DNA of 64,000 nt from NCBI GenBank assembly GCA_963674705.1, contig OY771506.1:4928001-4992000 (forward strand), written 5' to 3'. This document shows, one piece after another, positions 58,735 through 64,000 of the stretch. Under the pieces are notes generated by a model. The model was not told the origin of the DNA and made no database searches. It worked only from the letters and a program-made list of their open reading frames with translations. The first letter of the stretch is position 1; every line of letters starts with the position of its first letter. A program made the position numbers and the translations under genes. This DNA comes from Phycisphaeraceae bacterium. Lineage in GTDB: Bacteria; Planctomycetota; Phycisphaerae; Phycisphaerales; Phycisphaeraceae.

Positions 58735-59196
58735 ATGGACGATACCAAACGACAGGAAATCATCGACCTGCTTAGCACCAGCTACAACATGGAACTCGAA
58801 ACGGTCATCAACTACATCGCCAACTCCGAACACCTTGATGGCATCCGCGCGCAGCACATTAAAAACGCGCTCGGCGCCGACATCGCTGAAGAACTCGGCC
58901 ACGCGCAGCAACTGGCCAAACGCATCAAGACATTGGGCGGGAAAATCCCCGGTTCTAAGTCACTGCGCTGGTCGCAGACTTCACTGCAACCCCCGGCTGA
59001 CACACTCGACCTGATCTCCGTCATCAAAGGCGTGATCGAAGCCGAAGCCGGCGCGATTGAGCAGTACCAGAAGGTGATCGTCGCAGCAGGAGACGACGAT
59101 CCCGTTACCGCCGATCTCTGCACCACGCTCAAGGCCGACGAGGAAGAACACCACCAAATGTTCAAAGGCTACCTCGCCGAAGCAATCAAGTGGTAA
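58735..59196 (+). CDS. Ferritin-like (bacterioferritin/rubrerythrin-type) di-iron protein
   Basis: Four-helix ligand pattern E..EELGH..E..EEEHH. Confidence 0.82.
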   Translation: MDDTKRQEIIDLLSTSYNMELETVINYIANSEHLDGIRAQHIKNALGADIAEELGHAQQLAKRIKTLGGKIPGSKSLRWSQTSLQPPADTLDLISVIKGVIEAEAGAIEQYQKVIVAAGDDDPVTADLCTTLKADEEEHHQMFKGYLAEAIKW

Positions 59197-59240
59197 GCCT
59201 GGACATAAACTGAATGCTCAACCCAATCCCTACTCTTATC

Positions 59241-59279
59241 CCCTCTCCCCTCGGGAGAGGGCAAGGGTGAGGGCCGGGT
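59241..59279. repeat. CCCTCTCCC/GGGAGAGGG REP-like palindrome
   Basis: CCCTCTCCC-CTC-GGGAGAGGG-CAAGGGTGAGGG; related copies at 62931-62979 and 63024-63060. Confidence 0.82.
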
Positions 59280-59457
59280 GCCTTACGTCAGCAGCCATTT
59301 CACTCGCATCCGAATGCGCGTCTGCTGCATCTTCAACGATATTACAAATCGAAATTCTTTAATCCCGTCCAAGCTTCCCGCATCAGAGGCCACATGCTAT
59401 ATTCGCGACAGGCACGATCCCCCCGGATGCCCCGTGCCCGCCCCGGAGTCCTTTTGT

Positions 59458-60069
59458 ATGTTGCGTTTGAAGCAATCCACCCCCCCTGTCGCCGCAGTTG
59501 CAGTACTCGTACTGCTCATCGCCGCCGGGCCCGCACATGCACACGCCGGCCACGAGCACAGCTCGTTCTCCTCGGGCTTTCAGCACCCGCTCTACGGCCT
59601 GGACCACCTGTTGGCCATGATCACCGTCGGCCTGCTCTCGGCACGTATGGCTGCTAAACGCATGTGGACGCTGCCGCTTGCCTTCGTCGGCATGATGGCC
59701 TGTGGCGGCCTGCTCGGGCTCGCATGGAAGCACGACGGGTTCACCGTCTTTGAATGGGGCATCAGCCTGTCTGTGCTTGTCTTCGGGCTCGTCGCCGCGA
59801 TCAGCAAGGAAGTGACCGTCCTCTGGGGTAACCTCATCGTCGCCGGCTTCGCGATCTGTCACGGCCACGCACACGTCGCCGAGATGGGCTCCGCCTCCGC
59901 GTGGGGCTACTTCCCCGGCATGCTCCTGTGCACCGCGGGTCTGCACCTGATCGGTCTGGTGGTCGGCATCGTCCTCAAAAAATACGTCGGCGAATGGTCC
60001 ATCCGCCTCGGCGGCGCGCTGGTCGCTGTCAGTTTCGCCACGATCATGGCTCTGCAATGGATCGGCTGA
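59458..60069 (+). CDS. HupE/UreJ family Ni/Co transporter
   Basis: AHAHAGH, GFQHPLYGLDHLLAM..VG, HGHAH..E, LHL.G. Confidence 0.92.
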   Translation: MLRLKQSTPPVAAVAVLVLLIAAGPAHAHAGHEHSSFSSGFQHPLYGLDHLLAMITVGLLSARMAAKRMWTLPLAFVGMMACGGLLGLAWKHDGFTVFEWGISLSVLVFGLVAAISKEVTVLWGNLIVAGFAICHGHAHVAEMGSASAWGYFPGMLLCTAGLHLIGLVVGIVLKKYVGEWSIRLGGALVAVSFATIMALQWIG

Positions 60070-61163
60070 TGCGCATACGCTTCGCAATTAGTCTGTGCTG
60101 TTACCTCATCTTTGCTTTGGTCTTTGCTGTCATGCCGAACTCAACACACGCACAATCGAATAACGATGAATTAAGAAACCGCGTCGAGGCCGCTCTGCCC
60201 GAACACATCGGTGCAGCGGTGCTCGTCATCGATGATGGCGAAGTCGTCTTCCGCGAAACCTACGGCATAGCGGATGTCGAAACGCAAACACCCGTCACCC
60301 CGCAAACCAACTTCCGCATCGCCTCGGTCACCAAACAGTTCACCGCCACCGCAATCATGCTGCTTGTCGATCAGAACAAACTCTCCCTCGACGACACACT
60401 CGATCAGTTCTTCCCCGGCTTCCCCGACTACGGCAAGCACATCACCATCCGTAACGTACTCAACCACACATCAGGCCTGCCCGATTACGAAGACCTCCTC
60501 CCCGAAGGCACCACGCTCCAGGTCCACGACCGCGACGTCCTGAAGATTATCCTCGACACCGATAAACCCGTGTTCGCCCCCGGAAGTCAATACAGCTATT
60601 CCAACACCGGTTATGCGTTACTTGCATTAATCGTCGAACAGGTCGCAGAGCAACCGTTTCAGGACTATGTAAAACAGCGCATCTTCAAACCGTGCCACAT
60701 GGATCGATCCGTCGTCTTCGTACGCGGGTTGAACGAAGTGGCCGACCTCGCGTTCGGCCACTCCAAGGAAGATGGCAAATGGATACGTAACGATCAGTCC
60801 GTCACCAGTGCTGTTCTCGGTGACGGCGGCGTCTACAGCTCGATCGACGACCTCACCCGTTGGGTCCGCGCCCTGCAAGCCGAACGCCTGTTGACTGAAA
60901 AATCCTACAAGGCCATGTACACACCCAACGTGATCGGCGACGAAAACACCATCTACGGCTTCGGCTGGCGCATCGATACCTACAAAAGCCAAACACGCTA
61001 CCACCACACCGGCAGCACACGCGGCTTCCGCCTCTGCCTTCAACGCTTCCCGAATCGCAACGCCGCCGTCATCGTCCTGATCAATAACAGTATCGAAGGC
61101 CCGATCACTCCCGTCGCCGAAAGGGTGAGTGATATCGTGTTATTCAGTGATCAGAACCAGTGA
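60069..61163 (+). CDS. Secreted serine hydrolase (beta-lactamase/AmpC-like family)
   Basis: SVTK (SxxK), HTSGL, YSNTGY (YxN), HTG; signal peptide; ATG overlaps the upstream TGA. Confidence 0.92.
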   Translation: MRIRFAISLCCYLIFALVFAVMPNSTHAQSNNDELRNRVEAALPEHIGAAVLVIDDGEVVFRETYGIADVETQTPVTPQTNFRIASVTKQFTATAIMLLVDQNKLSLDDTLDQFFPGFPDYGKHITIRNVLNHTSGLPDYEDLLPEGTTLQVHDRDVLKIILDTDKPVFAPGSQYSYSNTGYALLALIVEQVAEQPFQDYVKQRIFKPCHMDRSVVFVRGLNEVADLAFGHSKEDGKWIRNDQSVTSAVLGDGGVYSSIDDLTRWVRALQAERLLTEKSYKAMYTPNVIGDENTIYGFGWRIDTYKSQTRYHHTGSTRGFRLCLQRFPNRNAAVIVLINNSIEGPITPVAERVSDIVLFSDQNQ

Positions 61164-61177
61164 CACCCGAAAATGAT

Positions 61178-61720
61178 TCATTCTGACTGTATGGGGACAA
61201 AAACGAAGTCTTCATCTGTCGGGTAATCCGAAGCAAGGGCTTCTATCTCGCCGGTCAAAACTTTGGTTAAGAAAATACTCATCGTGCAGCCCTGATAGAC
61301 CGTAAAACCCGCGCCGCGGACCTCATTCTGCACGACCGGCCAACTATCCGGATCACCTTCGGTCAACCAGTAATAACAATTCCCGTTGTCATCAGTACCC
61401 CACGGCAATAAGCCCGGTGAATCCGGGAATAATGCGTACGGAACATATTCATCACCAAGATTACGTTTGATCTGACACTCGGCGTCGCAAAGATTCTTTA
61501 CCTGTCGTTCAAACGAGAGGTACTGATTCTTTGTGATCGGGTTGTGCACCCAATAGAATCCCGCAAAACAACCGCAACCGTAGTGCTTCATGAATTCTGC
61601 ATAATCAGTCGGCAGCTTAACACCCAACTTTGATTCAGCTTGTTTGATGTGATCGGCCGAGCATCTATCAATAGGATTTTCTGGTGGTGATACCAAAGCC
61701 AACAATTGCGTCAAACTCAT
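61178..61720 (-). CDS. SMI1/KNR4 (SUKH) family protein
   Basis: AESKLGVKLPTDYAEF...YG.G, LLPWGTDDNG, GDPDSWPVV; lower GC. Confidence 0.88.
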   Translation of the reverse strand: MSLTQLLALVSPPENPIDRCSADHIKQAESKLGVKLPTDYAEFMKHYGCGCFAGFYWVHNPITKNQYLSFERQVKNLCDAECQIKRNLGDEYVPYALFPDSPGLLPWGTDDNGNCYYWLTEGDPDSWPVVQNEVRGAGFTVYQGCTMSIFLTKVLTGEIEALASDYPTDEDFVFVPIQSE

Positions 61721-61732
61721 TTGATCCCCCCT

Positions 61733-62830
61733 TTAATCTTTCCCGCTAGTTTCTAACCCCAGCGCCTCAACCACATATGCAATCGGCTTGCCATCACTGA
61801 CGACTGCGAAGCCGCCTTTGTAATCCCACATGGTCCAGGCGATGTGGTTGGCTTCGAGGGTTTGGCGTACATCGCGCAGCCAGGCTTCACGGGCCTCCGG
61901 GGGTGCGGACTTCATGTAGACGCCGAACTCGTTGCAGGATAGCGTCAGCCCGCCGTGCTGCTTCGCCCACGTCGCAGCTTTGCCGATCTCTTCACGCACC
62001 TTGTCCGGCCCCCATCCGCTTTGACCGTAGTTCGTGATGTCGTTGACAGCCGCGGGATCATCCGTCTTTGCCAGTGCCGCCTTGATCCCTTCTTCGTTTA
62101 CAGGATATGGCAAGCCCTGCATATACCGCCAGTGCGGCGCACCCCACGTCGCCGCCTGATGGGTGAATTGATGCGGGTCGTAGAAGTGGAAGTTGTAGAC
62201 CACGTTGTTATCGAAGATCGGCGTCAGTTCTGCGAGTTGAGTCACGCCGCTCCACCTTCCGCCGGTCAGGATGATCGTGTGTTTGGGCGCTACCGCACGC
62301 ACCGCATCGTGCAGCTCAGCTTGCAACGGCTCCCACTGCTCGGTCGTCAGCACCGGCTCATTCAACAACTCAAACCGCACATGCGCCGGGTCCGTATCCG
62401 CAAATAGATGCGCCAGCTTCTGCCAGAACTCGATAAATGCTTTGCGTGCCTCGGGATCATCGGCAAGCGCCTCTTTGAAGTCCTGCTCCGGATGCACATC
62501 GACAATCACGTTCAGGTCGTTTGCGAGGATCATGTCCGCCGTCTGCCGGTACATCGACCAGCCGTCATAGCCTTCCGCAGTAAGCACATCGGGATTCACC
62601 GTAAACCGCACGTGGTCGAATCCAATCGACTTGATGAGTTTGATGTCTTCTTCGGTGTTGAACGTACGCAGGTGCTGCGTCCGCTCCATGCGCGAATAGA
62701 TCTGCGCATACCAGTGGCTGAGATTGATGCCGCGATCAAAACCGTCGTTACCCGGGCCGGCGTGGGTTGAGGTGGTTGATAGACAGATGCTCAGACTCAA
62801 AACAATGCAGAAGATGATTTGGCGCAGCAT
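61733..62830 (-). CDS. Secreted GH5 glycoside hydrolase
   Basis: RGINL, GFDHVR, FELLNEP, FHFYDP, NEFG, WDY. Confidence 0.92.
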   Translation of the reverse strand: MLRQIIFCIVLSLSICLSTTSTHAGPGNDGFDRGINLSHWYAQIYSRMERTQHLRTFNTEEDIKLIKSIGFDHVRFTVNPDVLTAEGYDGWSMYRQTADMILANDLNVIVDVHPEQDFKEALADDPEARKAFIEFWQKLAHLFADTDPAHVRFELLNEPVLTTEQWEPLQAELHDAVRAVAPKHTIILTGGRWSGVTQLAELTPIFDNNVVYNFHFYDPHQFTHQAATWGAPHWRYMQGLPYPVNEEGIKAALAKTDDPAAVNDITNYGQSGWGPDKVREEIGKAATWAKQHGGLTLSCNEFGVYMKSAPPEAREAWLRDVRQTLEANHIAWTMWDYKGGFAVVSDGKPIAYVVEALGLETSGKD

Positions 62831-62930
62831 GTTCGTCTCCCAATATTGATTCGTTATCTGTTGCCGACGTTAACAGATTGTACACGAGGATTATCTACTA
62901 CAGAAATGGCATGGAACGAATTATGTTCCT

Positions 62931-63060
62931 CCCTTCTCCCCTCGGGAGCCCCGGAATAGGCAAGGATGAGGGCCGGGTGGATTGTGTGTACATGTATCAA
63001 ATATGAATACAAATACAAAAAAACGGCCCTCACCCCGGCCCACTCCCAAGGGAGAGGGGG
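62931..63060. repeat. Inverted pair of CCCTCTCCC-type REP-like units around an AT-rich spacer
   Basis: 62931-62979 resembles 59241-59279; 63024-63060 is the inverted unit; 62980-63023 is AT-rich. Confidence 0.78.
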
Positions 63061-63113
63061 TTAGCACAGACCTTGAATGACACGTTAGAAATGAACTAAG
63101 CATCATCGCAATG

Positions 63114-63144
63114 AAAAACCCCTCGCTTCCGCAAGGGGCTATTT
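63114..63144 (-). terminator. Intrinsic terminator after the coiled-coil gene
   Basis: Minus strand CCCCTTGC-GGAA-GCGAGGGG-TTTTT. Confidence 0.7.
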
Positions 63145-63171
63145 CGTAGCTGATAATTAATAATTGCGGGT

Positions 63172-63780
63172 TCACGCCGCGTGTGTGAGCGACAGGCCCG
63201 GCGAATCGTCCGTGTTCTGATCGGCTTCATCTTCTTCATCATGCCCGTGATCCAGCTTTAATTCCTGAACGCGTGTGCGCTCGCAATCCAGCGCGGCGGC
63301 GAGCGATTCCTGCGCCCGGCGGATGCGCGCCAGGCTTGCCCATTCTTCATCCATCTCTTCACGCAACGCATGAACTTCCTTGCGTTGTTCGTTCAACTCG
63401 CTGCGTGATCGCTCAAGACGGGCCTGTTCGTTTTCGAGCGTCTGCATGCCCTGCTCGTAGGCGGCTTTTTCCTTGTCGAACATCAGCTTCGCACGTTTGT
63501 ACGCATCCTGATCCAGTTCAAGCCGGCTGCGGGCGATCTCGATCCGCTTCTGCTCTTCATCGAGTTCCTGCTCACGACGTGCGACGACCTCCGTCCGCTG
63601 CTGGATCGATGTCTGCGTTTCCCGCTGCCATTGGCGCAGGCTCTCGCATCGCTGCTGCACCTCGTCCAGCAGGGTCGCGGCGTTGGGTAGCGATGTCAAC
63701 GCGTCAGCAGGATTCGCCGACGGCTGCTGCGGCAGCTCGGTGCTCTGCTCGTTATCTTTGTGTTTCTTGGGTTTGGCCAT
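63172..63780 (-). CDS. Hypothetical coiled-coil protein
   Basis: E/Q/R-rich heptad composition; GGAG upstream of ATG. Confidence 0.72.
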   Translation of the reverse strand: MAKPKKHKDNEQSTELPQQPSANPADALTSLPNAATLLDEVQQRCESLRQWQRETQTSIQQRTEVVARREQELDEEQKRIEIARSRLELDQDAYKRAKLMFDKEKAAYEQGMQTLENEQARLERSRSELNEQRKEVHALREEMDEEWASLARIRRAQESLAAALDCERTRVQELKLDHGHDEEDEADQNTDDSPGLSLTHAA

Positions 63781-64000
63781 GTACTACTGCTCCCTGGGTC
63801 CTGACAGAAGAAAATCCCCTATCCGTTACATCGTGTATTCAGGGCCTAATCTTCAGGACTGGTCTAACCCGAACCGCCCTGTATTTGACATGGCAAACCC
63901 GATCCGTGCTTCACCCCCGCCCCGGCTTTGCCGATAACTGACCGGGTGGGCTGTTTCTATCGGAAAAGTGCAAGTTCCGCCCAACGAATACAGGGAGCAA

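Noticed and set aside
59280..59457. Ni/Co or cobalamin riboswitch upstream of HupE/UreJ
   Set aside because: No conserved riboswitch motifs recognised; only an extended -10-like TGCTATATT.
60069..61163. Antibiotic-resistance beta-lactamase
   Set aside because: SxxK/YxN/HTG motifs define a broad serine hydrolase family; substrate cannot be assigned from sequence.
1..64000. CRISPR array, tRNA or rRNA genes
   Set aside because: No equal-length repeats with unique spacers, no cas genes, and no cloverleaf or rRNA-like sequence recognised by eye.

Overview
GC-rich bacterial chromosome segment, most likely Planctomycetota (Phycisphaerae-like). This is inferred from gene content: a prepilin/H-X9-DG protein, CxxCGYDLR zinc-ribbon membrane proteins, a TsaC-phosphatase fusion beside rpiB, and a Ser/Thr kinase. 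Layout: 1-9 kb is the S10-spc ribosomal protein operon on the minus strand (rpsJ to rplR). 9-45 kb is housekeeping and carbohydrate genes (sialate O-acetylesterase, rsmB-like, tal, glpK, purH N-domain, pyrF, metal ABC permease and binding protein, rpiB, argF/argB, GH35, moaB, groES-like, aroA, MsbA-like ABC). 46-50 kb holds an intact IS3-family and an intact IS630-family element. 50-59 kb is a split nuo locus with nuoG divergent from nuoJKLMN. The end carries ferritin-like, HupE/UreJ, serine hydrolase, orphan SMI1/KNR4 and GH5 genes. No rRNA, tRNA or CRISPR array was recognised. The most unusual signal is non-genic. Short-period (7, 8 and 10 nt) repeat tracts, often arranged as inverted arms, sit at or just after stop codons and have also entered moaB, aroA and a prepilin leader in frame. 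They coincide with AT-richer cargo genes and a C-rich to G-rich switch in the last 45-120 nt of flanking genes. One cargo gene ends in a diverged copy of the moaB 3' end. Together these suggest gene-end insertion/exchange hot spots (inference). Other oddities: a probable AUC start for pyrF, a stand-alone IMP cyclohydrolase, a zinc-independent S14 in the spc operon and a pseudo-kinase response regulator. All counts were done by hand; no database searches were run.
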